A program made the translations under genes and the position numbers. Positions 1 through 10,248 of a stretch of DNA of 64,000 bases are shown here, piece by piece. Under the pieces are notes generated by a model. It ran no database searches and was not told the origin of the DNA. It worked only from the letters and a program-made list of their open reading frames with translations. Location of the stretch: contig JBJKUL010000001.1 of assembly GCA_045563135.1 (NCBI GenBank), forward strand, positions 100,731 through 164,730, in the 5' to 3' direction. This DNA is from Candidatus Actinomarina sp. Its GTDB lineage: Bacteria; Actinomycetota; Acidimicrobiia; Actinomarinales; Actinomarinaceae. Position 1 is the first letter of the stretch, and each line of letters starts with the position of its first letter.

Positions 1-75
1 TGAGGAAAACACCCCAGAGGAGTTTTTCAACAATCCAAAGAGCGACAGAACAAAGTTATTTTTGAGCCAAATTCT

Positions 76-1218
76 TTAAAGCTCACTCCATAGATTTTTT
101 TCAGCTAAATCAATTATTGTTGCTCCCATTGCATACGCCCCATCATAGATTGCTTTATGGCCTCCTGGAGTTAATGTAGCAGCCGCATATTCAGGTTGAT
201 GATTAACAGCATCACCAGAATCTATAGACAGCATGGGGTGAATAGACGGCATTGCAAGAGATACATTTCCCATATCTGTTGATCCAAGCCCTGGTCTAGC
301 TGCCTGACTTTGCAGTATCATTTGCCTGTTTACAGCTGTAGAGTTCTCTTTATAAAGTTCATACATTACTTTATTGTTATCAATTTCTGTGTATCTGTAA
401 TCTGGTGATTCTATTTTTACCTCACACTTTGTAGCCATTCCAGCTGCATTTACAAAATTTTTAAAATCACTTTCAATTTTTAATAAATCACCTTCATTTA
501 ATGCTCGAAGATACCATTCGGAACTTGTGTAGGAGGGAATAATATTTGGCTTAAAGCCCCCATTGGTGATGACGCCGTGCATTCTATTTGTAGATACCAT
601 TTGTTGTCGGTAGGTTGATGCATTTACAAAAAGCTGGATTTGAGCATCTAAGGCGTTTATACCTTCCTCAGGTGCACCAGCAGCATGAGCATCTTTACCA
701 AAAAATTCCACTTTGTATTGCTGAATGGTTGTAAAAGTCGGATTCACAACATCTTCATATCCTGGATGTATCATCATAGAACATGAAGCATCCTCAAAAT
801 TTCCATTCTCAAGGAGTATAATTTTTCCACCACCACCTTCTTCTGCAGGGGTGCCAAGTAATTTAACTCTTATACCTAAATCCTCTACGAGATCTTTTAT
901 AGCTAGACCCGCTCCAATTGATGCAGTTGCAATTATGTTATGACCACATGCATGACCAATTTCAGGTAAAGCATCATATTCAACACAGAGAACAGTAAGG
1001 GGTCCTTTACTACCATAGGTAATTTCAAAAGCGGTATCAAGACCTCCAGTTGGGTAGGCAACTTCTCCATCAAAAGACTCAATAAATTTAACCAAGTATT
1101 CTGATGTTTTAAATTCATTAAATCCAAGCTCAGGATTTTCGTACATCCAATCGCTAACTTCTGTAAGTTGCTTATGTATAGAATCTAGATTTTTTTTAAA
1201 GGTATTTTTAAATGTCAT
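76..1218 (-). CDS. M20D-family amidohydrolase (N-acyl-amino acid amidohydrolase / hippurate hydrolase-like)
   Basis: 380-aa ORF. It has an HACGHN metal-binding motif, a GTPAEEGGGG loop and overall M20 peptidase dimerisation-domain architecture. Confidence 0.75.
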   Translation of the reverse strand: MTFKNTFKKNLDSIHKQLTEVSDWMYENPELGFNEFKTSEYLVKFIESFDGEVAYPTGGLDTAFEITYGSKGPLTVLCVEYDALPEIGHACGHNIIATASIGAGLAIKDLVEDLGIRVKLLGTPAEEGGGGKIILLENGNFEDASCSMMIHPGYEDVVNPTFTTIQQYKVEFFGKDAHAAGAPEEGINALDAQIQLFVNASTYRQQMVSTNRMHGVITNGGFKPNIIPSYTSSEWYLRALNEGDLLKIESDFKNFVNAAGMATKCEVKIESPDYRYTEIDNNKVMYELYKENSTAVNRQMILQSQAARPGLGSTDMGNVSLAMPSIHPMLSIDSGDAVNHQPEYAAATLTPGGHKAIYDGAYAMGATIIDLAEKNLWSEL

Positions 1219-2501
1219 TCACTTAGTTTACTAAATGAATCTAATTCATACACTGATAATATATTCCAAATTAACCAGTCCATTTTTAAGTCAGAGGCAG
1301 CTTTAATATTGTTCCTAATATCTTCATTGCTATGCCAAAAACCCTGCAAGAAAGGCCTGATCTTATCCTTATCAATACCTCTGTCCAATGCATCTGTTAG
1401 TGCAGCTGTTATGACCTCATATGGATGCTTGTTAGGGTTTTGATAGCCAAAGGAACCATTTGTGTAGTGTGATGGATAAACCATTGGAGATATAAAATCT
1501 ACATTTTCAACAATACTTTCAAGATTCTGGCCGATTCCTCCGTCCTGTTTATTTGTAAGAATGTAACCAAAAGTATCTGCTGAGAGCAAACAGCCTTCAT
1601 TATGTAGCATTTTTCTGGATTTTGAAAGAAATGAATTTATATTATTAACCCTATTTTCAAAATCATTTTTAGTATCAAATCTCATAAATTTATTATTTGA
1701 GTCTGGGTATCTGATGTAATCGTATTGAATCTCGTCAAAACCAAGTCTGCAAGCCTCTACTGCAATATTTACAATATAATTTTGAACTTTTTCACTAGAT
1801 GGGTCTAAAAAAAATTGTCCATTTTGCGAATAAGGCTTATTTAATCTTGAGTCAAATACTGCCTCATCAGGAAAAAATTTTGCAAATAAAGGATCTTGAA
1901 AAACTACTAATCGAGCAATTAAGTAGAGATCTTTAATTTCTCTAAGATCTTGAATCTCATTTTTAGAGAATTTAACTCTTTCATTATTTAGATACGAAAC
2001 TTCTTCTACATCAGTGTCAAAAAGTATATGCCCATTGTCAGTCTTTACATCAATAACGAGAGTATTTACATTAGTACTCATCAAAATCTCTTCTATACTC
2101 TCCCTTTTATTAAGGTTATTGAATAAGTACCCATTAAAATAAACTCCTCTAATTTCATCATGCTCTTTTTTAAATTTATTAAATTCAAGAGATGCATAGA
2201 TTGTTGCATTTTTTTGGGCTATTTCGTTTAGCTGAATTTCTATGTCTCCTAAAAGATTGTCATAATACGCAGCTTGCTTTGATGAAGTTAAAGAAAGATC
2301 ATATCTTTCTGTAAGCTGTTTAATTTGTTTCATGTAGTCTTCTTCGGAAGGAATGTAGATTGTTATTTTTGGAGTCTCTATATCAGGTAATATCGTTTCT
2401 TCACTTTGAATTTCTTCTCTTGTATCTTGAGGGTACAAAATAATTAGTAAAAAAGAAGTCATTAATGTAACTAAGAATATGTTCACTACAACTTTTTTCA
2501 T
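1215..2501 (-). CDS. Secreted or membrane-anchored glycoside-hydrolase-like TIM-barrel protein (DUF4015/GHL-type), hypothetical
   Basis: 428 aa with an N-terminal hydrophobic anchor. IRYPD and PMVYPSHY motifs recall GH-like TIM-barrel families. Its stop overlaps the M20 gene start. Confidence 0.4.
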   Translation of the reverse strand: MKKVVVNIFLVTLMTSFLLIILYPQDTREEIQSEETILPDIETPKITIYIPSEEDYMKQIKQLTERYDLSLTSSKQAAYYDNLLGDIEIQLNEIAQKNATIYASLEFNKFKKEHDEIRGVYFNGYLFNNLNKRESIEEILMSTNVNTLVIDVKTDNGHILFDTDVEEVSYLNNERVKFSKNEIQDLREIKDLYLIARLVVFQDPLFAKFFPDEAVFDSRLNKPYSQNGQFFLDPSSEKVQNYIVNIAVEACRLGFDEIQYDYIRYPDSNNKFMRFDTKNDFENRVNNINSFLSKSRKMLHNEGCLLSADTFGYILTNKQDGGIGQNLESIVENVDFISPMVYPSHYTNGSFGYQNPNKHPYEVITAALTDALDRGIDKDKIRPFLQGFWHSNEDIRNNIKAASDLKMDWLIWNILSVYELDSFSKLSE

Positions 2502-2563
2502 ATAGTATATTTTATTAGAGCAATTTGTAATTAAAAGCTTGTAAATTAGTTTTATAATGTTTT

Positions 2564-3313
2564 ATGTCTAAAATTTCATACCAAAAAGCAGAAAAGTTCT
2601 TTGAAGTTCCTGTAATGATTTCTGTTCTAATGCTGATACCCGTTTTAGTAATAGAGTACACACAGCAAACATTAGAACCAGTAGCTTTATATCTTAACTG
2701 GGGAATATGGGCAGTTTTTTTAATAGAGTATGCAGTCTTATTTTACTTTTCAGAAAATAAGATTGAGTTCATAAAATCTCACAAAATAGAATTGATTATT
2801 GTTATTTTCTCATTTCCAATAGTTCCAGAGGGACTGGAGTCATCTGGATTTTTAAGATTTGCAAGACTTCCAAGACTTTTAAACGGATTAAGATTTTTCA
2901 GACTAGCAGCCTTGCTTAATCGATTTGCTTCAACAGTAAAAGCTATATTCAATTCAAAAGGATTGCGGTTTATTGTTTATGCAACAATAGGTATTATTCT
3001 TTTCTTTGGATTTCTTTTTTATATATCTGAACCAGCTGTAAAAACTTACAGTGATGGCTTATGGTGGGCGTTAGTCACAATTACCACAGTAGGTTATGGG
3101 GACATTACACCACTGACAAATCTTGGTCGCATAATTGCGAGTGCCTTGATGATCATGGGTATTGGTTTTATTGCAACAATTACAGCTGCTGTATCTTCAT
3201 ATTTTATTTATAGTTTTGGGGACAAGGATGTAACCATTAATGATTTAGCAAAAAAACTAGATAAACTGGAAGTAGAGATTCAAAATTTAAAAAAGGAAAA
3301 CAATGGCAAATGA
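2564..3313 (+). CDS. Voltage-sensor-containing K+ channel (6TM Kv-like, TVGYGD selectivity filter)
   Basis: TITTVGYGD pore signature. An S4-like helix (RFARLPRLLNGLRFFRLAALLNRF) carries Arg at every third position. There are about 6 TM segments and a C-terminal coiled coil. Confidence 0.8.
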   Translation: MSKISYQKAEKFFEVPVMISVLMLIPVLVIEYTQQTLEPVALYLNWGIWAVFLIEYAVLFYFSENKIEFIKSHKIELIIVIFSFPIVPEGLESSGFLRFARLPRLLNGLRFFRLAALLNRFASTVKAIFNSKGLRFIVYATIGIILFFGFLFYISEPAVKTYSDGLWWALVTITTVGYGDITPLTNLGRIIASALMIMGIGFIATITAAVSSYFIYSFGDKDVTINDLAKKLDKLEVEIQNLKKENNGK

Positions 3314-4994
3314 ACAGTTAGTAAAATTATCGGATGATTTTTTTCAACACTCTTTAGACTCTTCACCTACTTCGGCAATAATGAGGGGGCACAAAAGTTA
3401 TTTTGATAAAATTGAAGAACTCACAGAAGAAAAATTTGACCAAGAAATACATTCAGTAAACGAGGCTACAACTAGATTAACTGCAATCGATTTTGAATCC
3501 CTTACCAATAGAGAAAAAGTCACGCATGGAATGCTTGAGTTTGCACTTAGCTCACAAAAAGATTCCTTACTAGATAGGGGTTGGGAATTTTCAGCAGGAG
3601 TAGCAGGTTTTACAGGTTTTTTAATTGATTACAATCAGCAAATGTTTGTTCCAGACTTGGAGTCTGCAGATTTACTATTAAAAAGACTTGAACTTTACAA
3701 AAGATTATTTAATCAAATAGCGAGTGTGCAGAAATTAGGTTTAGATAAAAATAGGGTAGCTACTGAGAGAAATCTTCTAAGAACTATTGACCAACTAGAA
3801 AACTACTTGGACACGAGTCTTGAAGCTGATCCACTACTTCTAGTCAATTTTGCCCCTGCGATAACTGAATCTGAAGTTTCTAACTGGAAAGATAAAGCGA
3901 TGGGAATTATTGAAACACACATAAGGCCAAGTGTTTTATCATACTTAGAACTTTTAAGAACTGAACACCTTCCTAATGGTAGGTCTGACAATGAACCAGG
4001 AGTTATGTGGATTCAAGGAGGGGAAGAGTCCTACTTAAGAAGTCTGAGAAAATTTACAGGTCATAAAAACACAACAGTAAAAGAAGTACATGAAATTGGT
4101 ATGTCAGAAATTGAAAGATTAAAAAAAGAGTTTTTTGAAATAGGAAAAGATGTTTTTGATGGGGTCAATACACCAGAAGACGTAATTCATAAAATGCAAA
4201 CAGACCCATCAATGAGGTACGAAAGTAAGGAACAAATGCTACAACTTGCTGTTGACACTATAGAGAGAGCATATAGACCATTAGGAGAATGGTTTACAGT
4301 GTTTCCAAAGTCTCCCTGCAAAGTTCTTCCAGTACCCTCTGCAGCAGAACAGCACGCACCACCTGCTTATTATTATCCTCCGTTACCAGACGGATCTAGA
4401 GATGGAACTTACTTTTTAAATACCTATAAAGCTGAGACAAAAAGTATTTTTGAAGCCGAATCTGTTGCTTTTCATGAAGCTATACCTGGACATCATCTAG
4501 ATCGAACTATTGCTGTAGAGCTACAAGATGTTCCAGATTTTCAGAGATATGTTGCTTCAACTGCTTTCGTAGAAGGCTGGGGATTGTATTCAGAACAGCT
4601 AGCAAATGAAATGGGTCTTTACTCTAATGACGTCCAACAGCTTGGAAGACTTGGTAATGATGCTTGGAGGGCTTGTCGACTGGTATTAGACACTGGCATG
4701 CACGGTATGGGATGGTCTCGAGACAAGGCCGTAGAGTTTTTTAAAGCTAATTCACCTATTGAGGAACTAAATGCGAATGTTGAAACAGATAGGTATATTG
4801 CTTGGCCAGGACAAGCTTGTTCTTATAAGATGGGTCAACTAAAAATAGAAGAACAAAGAAGAAAAGCTGAAGATGAACTTGGTGATAACTTTGACATCAG
4901 ATATTTTCATGACGAAGTTTTATGTGATGGAGGAATAACACTTCCAATTTTAGAAAATAAAATTGAAGCTTTTATCAAAAAGCATAAAAGCTAA
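3303..4994 (+). CDS. DUF885-family protein (putative metallo-hydrolase, HEAIPGHH motif)
   Basis: 563 aa. The FHEAIPGHH motif and overall length and composition are typical of DUF885 proteins. Confidence 0.55.
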   Translation: MANEQLVKLSDDFFQHSLDSSPTSAIMRGHKSYFDKIEELTEEKFDQEIHSVNEATTRLTAIDFESLTNREKVTHGMLEFALSSQKDSLLDRGWEFSAGVAGFTGFLIDYNQQMFVPDLESADLLLKRLELYKRLFNQIASVQKLGLDKNRVATERNLLRTIDQLENYLDTSLEADPLLLVNFAPAITESEVSNWKDKAMGIIETHIRPSVLSYLELLRTEHLPNGRSDNEPGVMWIQGGEESYLRSLRKFTGHKNTTVKEVHEIGMSEIERLKKEFFEIGKDVFDGVNTPEDVIHKMQTDPSMRYESKEQMLQLAVDTIERAYRPLGEWFTVFPKSPCKVLPVPSAAEQHAPPAYYYPPLPDGSRDGTYFLNTYKAETKSIFEAESVAFHEAIPGHHLDRTIAVELQDVPDFQRYVASTAFVEGWGLYSEQLANEMGLYSNDVQQLGRLGNDAWRACRLVLDTGMHGMGWSRDKAVEFFKANSPIEELNANVETDRYIAWPGQACSYKMGQLKIEEQRRKAEDELGDNFDIRYFHDEVLCDGGITLPILENKIEAFIKKHKS

Positions 4995-6136
4995 ATAAAA
5001 AGATAAGTAAGTTTTCTCCAGAACCATTCAAGTGGACCATATCTCCACTTTTCTAAGATAGGTTTCGACCAGTATATTTGTAACCCCCAAATAATTAACA
5101 CATACAGAATTAATTGAGACCTTGAAAATGTTCCAATTCCAAACAAACCACCAAGCAAAAATACTCCAACCAATGTTTGGGTTATATAGTTTGTAAATGC
5201 CATCTTGCCACATGCACGTAATCTTGTTGAAATACTTTCTCTAAGTTTTATATTCATGATTGTCAGCAATCCAACATAGCCAAGCACCATTGGAATTACT
5301 GAGAAAGAAAGCCAGAACCAACTTGTTATTGCTGTTGCAGCACTGTATTCAGTTGAGACACGCAAATAAATACTATAAATTGAAAAAGGTAAACCTATAC
5401 AAAATCCATAAAACATCAATTTTTTATAAAAGTTTAAGCCTCTTGTTCCTTGAATAACGTTAAGTCTATACAGTAAAATTCCAACAACCATTAAAGTTAT
5501 TGCTCTCAAGAAGCCGTCTAAAACAAACATAAGTCCAATTATATTTCCAAACTCAGGTTCCTCAGGAAACCAAAACTTTCCTAAATTTAAAGAACCACCC
5601 TCACTTGCAGCAACTATCCAGGCTGAATCTAAAATTAAATTTCCAGAATTATCATATAAAGAACCAATATAATTTATTAGCAAAAGATCTAACAAAACAA
5701 GAAAAGTGATAAAAAATATTGTTATTTTATTATTTTGAATTTGAGGAAATAAAACTATACAAAAAGCGCACAAAGCATATGATACGAGAACATCTCCTTC
5801 CCAAATTGATACATGAGCAATGCCAAATAATAGTAATAAACAGTTTCTCCAAAAAGATAGTAATTTAGGTCTTTTAACTTTTTGTTTAGCATTATCAAGA
5901 AAAATCATGAGCCCAACTCCAAAAAGCATTGAAAATAAGCCCATCATTTTGAATTCAAAAAATACCGAAGAGATAACGACAACAATCCAATCTAGTAAGT
6001 TTTCAACACCATAAGTGGGGTGATTAAATATAGCCGTAACAGGTAAACCAAATGATATTACATTTATTACAAGTATCCCAAGAACGGCAAAGCCCCTAAT
6101 AAAGTCGAGGTTAGTAATTCTTTGAGAAGAATTCAT
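4991..6136 (-). CDS. DUF418 (YeiB-like) multi-pass membrane protein
   Basis: 381 aa and polytopic. The C-terminal GPLEWFWRKLTY matches the DUF418 GPxEWxWR signature. Confidence 0.65.
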   Translation of the reverse strand: MNSSQRITNLDFIRGFAVLGILVINVISFGLPVTAIFNHPTYGVENLLDWIVVVISSVFFEFKMMGLFSMLFGVGLMIFLDNAKQKVKRPKLLSFWRNCLLLLFGIAHVSIWEGDVLVSYALCAFCIVLFPQIQNNKITIFFITFLVLLDLLLINYIGSLYDNSGNLILDSAWIVAASEGGSLNLGKFWFPEEPEFGNIIGLMFVLDGFLRAITLMVVGILLYRLNVIQGTRGLNFYKKLMFYGFCIGLPFSIYSIYLRVSTEYSAATAITSWFWLSFSVIPMVLGYVGLLTIMNIKLRESISTRLRACGKMAFTNYITQTLVGVFLLGGLFGIGTFSRSQLILYVLIIWGLQIYWSKPILEKWRYGPLEWFWRKLTYLFI

Positions 6137-6144
6137 TTAAGTTA

Positions 6145-6534
6145 TTATATGTTTTTTCTTATCGACTTGTCTGACTTTTTAACAATTTCGTTCTTGTAGC
6201 TTTGGTGAATATCTTTTTCATTTTTAGTATGTTGTATTTTTTCCTGGCTAATTTCTTGTTGTAGAGATAAAACGGTTTTTTGCAATTCCTCAATTTTATC
6301 TCTCATTTCATAGATTATTTTTATTCCATCTAAATTTATTCCTCTTTGCGATAAGTCCTGTATTTGTATTAGTTTATCAATATCATTTTGAGAGTATCTT
6401 CTTGTGCCCCCTCCAGTTCTGTAGGGCTTGATTAAACCTTTTTCCTCGTATGTACGTATTGTTTGTTGATGAATACCTGAAAGAGTAGAAGCAACTGAAA
6501 TAAAGTATATTGCAGTAGAGCTTTCTTTACTCAT
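6145..6534 (-). CDS. hspR: MerR-family heat-shock repressor HspR
   Basis: 129 aa with an N-terminal MerR-type HTH (IYFISVASTLSGIHQQTIRTYEEKGLI...GGTRRYS). It is the last gene of the dnaK-grpE-dnaJ operon, as in Actinobacteria. Confidence 0.8.
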   Translation of the reverse strand: MSKESSTAIYFISVASTLSGIHQQTIRTYEEKGLIKPYRTGGGTRRYSQNDIDKLIQIQDLSQRGINLDGIKIIYEMRDKIEELQKTVLSLQQEISQEKIQHTKNEKDIHQSYKNEIVKKSDKSIRKNI

Positions 6535-7603
6535 TTAAATAATCCCTTGGATTATCACCTGATTCAAACTGATCACGAAATTTTTCAAGATGCTTTTTTG
6601 CAGATCTTGAAAGGTTTTGTGGTGGATTCAAGTATACCTTTACATATAAGTCTCCAGATCTTCTGCCTTGGGGAGAAATACCTTCCCCCTTAACCTTAAA
6701 AGTTTTACCACTAGGAGTTCCAGAAGGTATTTTAAGTGAGATTGTTTTTTCCAATGTCGGAATTTTAATTGTCGATCCCAGTGCAGCTTCAGTAAACAGA
6801 AGAGGAACTTCTAATATTAAATCACTTCCATTTCTCTTAAAAAATTTATGTGGTTCTACAGTAATTTGCACAAGGAGGTCTCCATCTGGAGCACCACTGT
6901 CCCCAGGTCCACCATATCCTCTAAGTCGAATAACTGTTCCATTATCAACACCTGCTGGAATTTTTACTTTTACCGTTTCATTCTTTATTACAATTCCCTG
7001 TGCTTTACAGGTCTTACATTGTTTATCAATTACGCTACCTTGACCTCTACAAGCTTGACAAGGCTGAGCAAATGAGAAAAAACCTTGGTTAGAGGCTGTC
7101 TGACCAGTTCCTCCACAAATATTACAAGTATGATAGGCAGTACCATTTTCTGAGCCATTTCCCCTACAGTCTGTACAGGCTACTTCTTTTCTTAATGGCA
7201 CATTTGTTTCTAATCCTGATGCTGATTCAACAAAAGATATGGTTAAATTTGTTTGGTAGCTCTGACCTTTTCTTCTCCCGGCTCCGCCGAAACCAAAAAT
7301 ATCTCCCAAGTTTCCAAAAATATCTCCAAGGTCATCAACATTGAAACCACCCTGTCCGCTAAAAGCAGATGGCCCCATTGCTCTAACTTGGTCATATTCT
7401 TGTCTTTTTTTCTGATCGGTAAGGATTGCACTTGCTTCAGAGATGTCTTTAAATCTTTTTTCAGCTTCTGGATCACCAGGATTTAAATCAGGATGATTTT
7501 CTCGTGCTAACTTTTTATAATTTTTCTTAATTTCATCAACAGATGCATTTTCAGAAACACCCAAGACTTTATAGAAATCTTTTTCTAGCCAGTCCCTATT
7601 CAC
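6527..7603 (-). CDS. dnaJ: Chaperone DnaJ
   Basis: J-domain with HPD motif (HPDLNPGD), a G/F-rich linker and four CxxCxGxG zinc-finger repeats. Confidence 0.95.
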   Translation of the reverse strand: MNRDWLEKDFYKVLGVSENASVDEIKKNYKKLARENHPDLNPGDPEAEKRFKDISEASAILTDQKKRQEYDQVRAMGPSAFSGQGGFNVDDLGDIFGNLGDIFGFGGAGRRKGQSYQTNLTISFVESASGLETNVPLRKEVACTDCRGNGSENGTAYHTCNICGGTGQTASNQGFFSFAQPCQACRGQGSVIDKQCKTCKAQGIVIKNETVKVKIPAGVDNGTVIRLRGYGGPGDSGAPDGDLLVQITVEPHKFFKRNGSDLILEVPLLFTEAALGSTIKIPTLEKTISLKIPSGTPSGKTFKVKGEGISPQGRRSGDLYVKVYLNPPQNLSRSAKKHLEKFRDQFESGDNPRDYLNE

Positions 7604-8141
7604 TATGGACTTTCACCATTGCCGGCCTTAAAAGGCGACTATCAATTTGATATCCTTTTCTTAGAACTTCGCCAACAATTTCCTTCTCTCCATCACCGCT
7701 TTTTTCTACAGCTTCATGATAAGAAGGATCAAAGGGCGCACCTTTTCCTGGCACCTCTTTTACATTAAAAGTATCTAAAAATGCCTGTGCCATTTTATAA
7801 AGCGCAGAAATTTCACCTGGAGTTTCTTCTTGAGCCATCGCTATTTCAAAGTTATCAATCAAGGGAAGTAAGGAAGATATAATCATTGAAAGAGAAGTTA
7901 CTGCACTCATGCTCTTTTCTTTTTCAGCTCGTTTCTTATAGTTATCGAAATCAGCTGCAAGTCTTAAGTAATCATCTTTCATTTTTTCATACTGCTCTAG
8001 TGGAACAGTATGAACTGTAATATCCTCTGAAGTTTCCTCTGAAGTTTCCTCTGAAGTTTCCTCTGAAGTTTCCTCTGAAGTTTCCTCTGAAGTTTCCTCT
8101 GAAGTTTCTAAATTTTCAGAATCATTAACATCCTTACTCAT
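7596..8141 (-). CDS. grpE: Nucleotide exchange factor GrpE with an N-terminal (ETSE)x7 acidic repeat
   Basis: GrpE core at the C-terminus (DNFEIAMAQ...GEVLRKGYQ). It sits between dnaK and dnaJ. The N-terminus is encoded by a perfect 12-nt tandem repeat. Confidence 0.9.
   Translation of the reverse strand: MSKDVNDSENLETSEETSEETSEETSEETSEETSEETSEDITVHTVPLEQYEKMKDDYLRLAADFDNYKKRAEKEKSMSAVTSLSMIISSLLPLIDNFEIAMAQEETPGEISALYKMAQAFLDTFNVKEVPGKGAPFDPSYHEAVEKSGDGEKEIVGEVLRKGYQIDSRLLRPAMVKVHSE
8020..8108 (-). repeat. Perfect 12-nt tandem repeat (about 7 copies) encoding (ETSE)n at the GrpE N-terminus
   Basis: The plus strand reads ctgaagtttcct repeated. Translation gives [12 protein letters not shown].... 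Confidence 0.9.
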
Positions 8142-9951
8142 CTTCTTCTACAACTTCACCTTCAACTACGTCTCCATCTTCCTGATTATCTGAAGAGTTG
8201 TTTTCTGCATCTTGTTGGGCTTCAGCATATAACTTTTCAGCAAATGACTGGCTAGCTTTAGTCAGCTCATCTATTGCATTCTTTATATCTTCTAAAGACG
8301 CTTCTTCATTTTCTAAAACTTTAGAGAGTGAATCCTTTCCTTCAGTAATAGCAGTAGCTTCTTCATCGGTAGCTTTTTCTTTGTTCTCTTCTAGCATTTT
8401 TTCGGTTGAAGTAACCATCCCCTCTGCCAAGTTTCGAGTCTCAATAAGTTCTTTTTTCTGAGCATCCTCATTAGCATGAGTTTCTGCATCTTTAATCATT
8501 CTTTCTATCTCATCATCCTCAAGAGCACTTCCTCCTGTGATGGTGATATTCTGCTCTTTCCCAGTGCCTAGATCTTTTGCATTAACATTAACAATACCGT
8601 TAGCATCTATATCGAAGGTAACTTCTATTTGAGGAGTGCCTTGTTTTGCAGAAGGAATTTCTGTAAGTTTAAATTTACCCAGAGATTTATTCCCAGATGC
8701 CATTTCCCTCTCACCTTGCAAGACATGGATTTCTACTTCTGTTTGTCCATCTTCTGCAGTTGTGAAAGTTTCAGACCTTTTCGTTGGTATAGTTGTATTT
8801 CTTTCAATCATCTTTGCAACTATTCCACCTTTGGTTTCAACACCTAAAGTTAAAGGAGTTACATCAAGTAACAATACATCTTTTACATCTCCCTTTAATA
8901 CCCCAGCTTGAATAGCTGCACCTGAAGCAACTACCTCATCCGGGTTAACACCTTTATGAGGGTCTTTACCAGTCATACTTTTAACCAAAGCTTGAATAGA
9001 TGGAATTCGAGTAGAACCCCCAACTAAAATTATGTGTTCAATATCAGAATATGATAATCCAGCATCCTCAATTGCTTTATTTACTGGAGCTTTAGTTCTT
9101 TCAACTAAGTCAGAAGTTATTTTCTCAAATTCGCTTCTAGATAGTTTTTCTAGTAAATGTTGTGGGCCTGAGTCATTGGCAGTTATGAAAGGGAGATTAA
9201 TTTCTGTTTCACTTGTTGACGAAAGTTCAATTTTAGCTTTTTCTGCTCCCTCTTTAATTCTCTGCATAGCCATTTTGTCTGTAGAGATATCAATTCCTGT
9301 TGAGGATTTAAATTTCTCAACTAACCAATCCATGACCTTTTGGTCCCAGTCATCTCCTCCTAGTTTCGAATCACCTGCAGTAGATTTCACTTCGAATACA
9401 CCTTCTGATATTTCTAATACAGACACATCAAAGGTTCCTCCACCTAAGTCATAAACTAGTATTTTTTGGTCTTCGCTATTTTCTAATCCGTAAGCTAGTG
9501 AGGCAGCTGTTGGTTCGTTAATTATTCTTAAAACATTTAGGCCAGCAATTTTACCTGCTTCCTTAGTTGCTTGTCTTTCAGCATCATTAAAATATGCTGG
9601 TACAGTAATAACGGCTTCTGTGACATCTTCTCCTAAGTATGCCTCTGCATCTGTTTTCAATTTTTGAAGAATTCTTGCTGAGATTTCTTGAGGAGTATAC
9701 TCCTTACCTTCAAAAGTTTCTTTCCATGAAGTACCAATTTCTCGTTTTATAGATCTAATTGTGTTGTCAGGGTTGGTTATAGCTTGTCTTTTTGCAAGTT
9801 CACCTACTAAAACTTCGCTCCCTTTGAAAGCTACAATGGAAGGTGTTGTTCTATTCCCTTCTGCATTAGCAACTACTGCAGGCTCTCCACCTTCTAGTAC
9901 TGCAACCACGCTATTTGTAGTTCCAAGATCAATTCCAACTGCTTTTCCCAT
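8134..9951 (-). CDS. dnaK: Chaperone DnaK (Hsp70)
   Basis: 605 aa with [16 protein letters not shown] and the full Hsp70 ATPase and substrate-binding domains. Confidence 0.97.
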   Translation of the reverse strand: MGKAVGIDLGTTNSVVAVLEGGEPAVVANAEGNRTTPSIVAFKGSEVLVGELAKRQAITNPDNTIRSIKREIGTSWKETFEGKEYTPQEISARILQKLKTDAEAYLGEDVTEAVITVPAYFNDAERQATKEAGKIAGLNVLRIINEPTAASLAYGLENSEDQKILVYDLGGGTFDVSVLEISEGVFEVKSTAGDSKLGGDDWDQKVMDWLVEKFKSSTGIDISTDKMAMQRIKEGAEKAKIELSSTSETEINLPFITANDSGPQHLLEKLSRSEFEKITSDLVERTKAPVNKAIEDAGLSYSDIEHIILVGGSTRIPSIQALVKSMTGKDPHKGVNPDEVVASGAAIQAGVLKGDVKDVLLLDVTPLTLGVETKGGIVAKMIERNTTIPTKRSETFTTAEDGQTEVEIHVLQGEREMASGNKSLGKFKLTEIPSAKQGTPQIEVTFDIDANGIVNVNAKDLGTGKEQNITITGGSALEDDEIERMIKDAETHANEDAQKKELIETRNLAEGMVTSTEKMLEENKEKATDEEATAITEGKDSLSKVLENEEASLEDIKNAIDELTKASQSFAEKLYAEAQQDAENNSSDNQEDGDVVEGEVVEEDE

Positions 9952-9983
9952 GTTTGTTTTCCTTTCTTAAAATTTATTAGTTA

Positions 9984-10187
9984 TTAAATATTTGGTTCTT
10001 GGTCCCTTGATAAATGTCCTCTTACCCTCGGATAGGAGACAGGAGAATGCAAGAAACAAAATTTTTTCTTATTGTAAATACTTATTTGTGTTTCACATGC
10101 TGCAAATTCGCAAACACGACCAGATGTGTATTTTTTAGATCGCCTTACTCCAGGTTTTACTGAAGAAGCTGTTAATGTTCCACTCAT
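9984..10187 (-). CDS. Hypothetical small basic Cys-containing protein (67 aa) immediately upstream of dnaK
   Basis: ORF with a GGAAGG Shine-Dalgarno about 8 nt upstream of its ATG. It ends 33 nt before the dnaK ATG on the same strand. It contains CEFAAC...CFLH. No recognisable family. Confidence 0.3.
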   Translation of the reverse strand: MSGTLTASSVKPGVRRSKKYTSGRVCEFAACETQISIYNKKKFCFLHSPVSYPRVRGHLSRDQEPNI

Positions 10188-10224
10188 AATATATCCTTCC
10201 TTATCTATGTATTATTATATACAT

Positions 10225-10248
10225 AATCTAAGTAAATATACTTAGATT
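10225..10248. promoter_or_regulatory. Perfect 9-bp inverted repeat (AATCTAAGT-N6-ACTTAGATT), a candidate HspR/HAIR-like operator overlapping the dnaK-operon promoter
   Basis: Read directly from the sequence. On the minus strand a TATAAT hexamer follows at plus coordinates 10214..10219. The IR lies about 40 nt upstream of the small ORF start, in the only long (400 nt) intergenic gap in the window. Confidence 0.45.

Noticed and set aside
1-75. Possible rho-independent terminator downstream of the M20 amidohydrolase at the window start
   Set aside because: The candidate stem (AAAACTCC / GGTGTTTT) has mismatches and no clean U-tract. It is not convincing.
8020-8108. Tandem direct repeats (here and at 32611..32770) as possible CRISPR or VNTR non-coding elements
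   Set aside because: Both arrays are in-frame inside long ORFs and have no spacers. They are coding amino-acid repeats and not CRISPR arrays. No repeat-spacer arrays were seen anywhere in the window.
8198-9454. Several 70-140-aa plus-strand ORFs inside dnaK (8198..8461, 8636..8911, 9032..9454) and similar antisense ORFs inside most large genes
   Set aside because: They are antisense to strongly supported conserved genes. They have Ser/Phe-rich low-complexity translations typical of the AT-rich reverse frame. Spurious.
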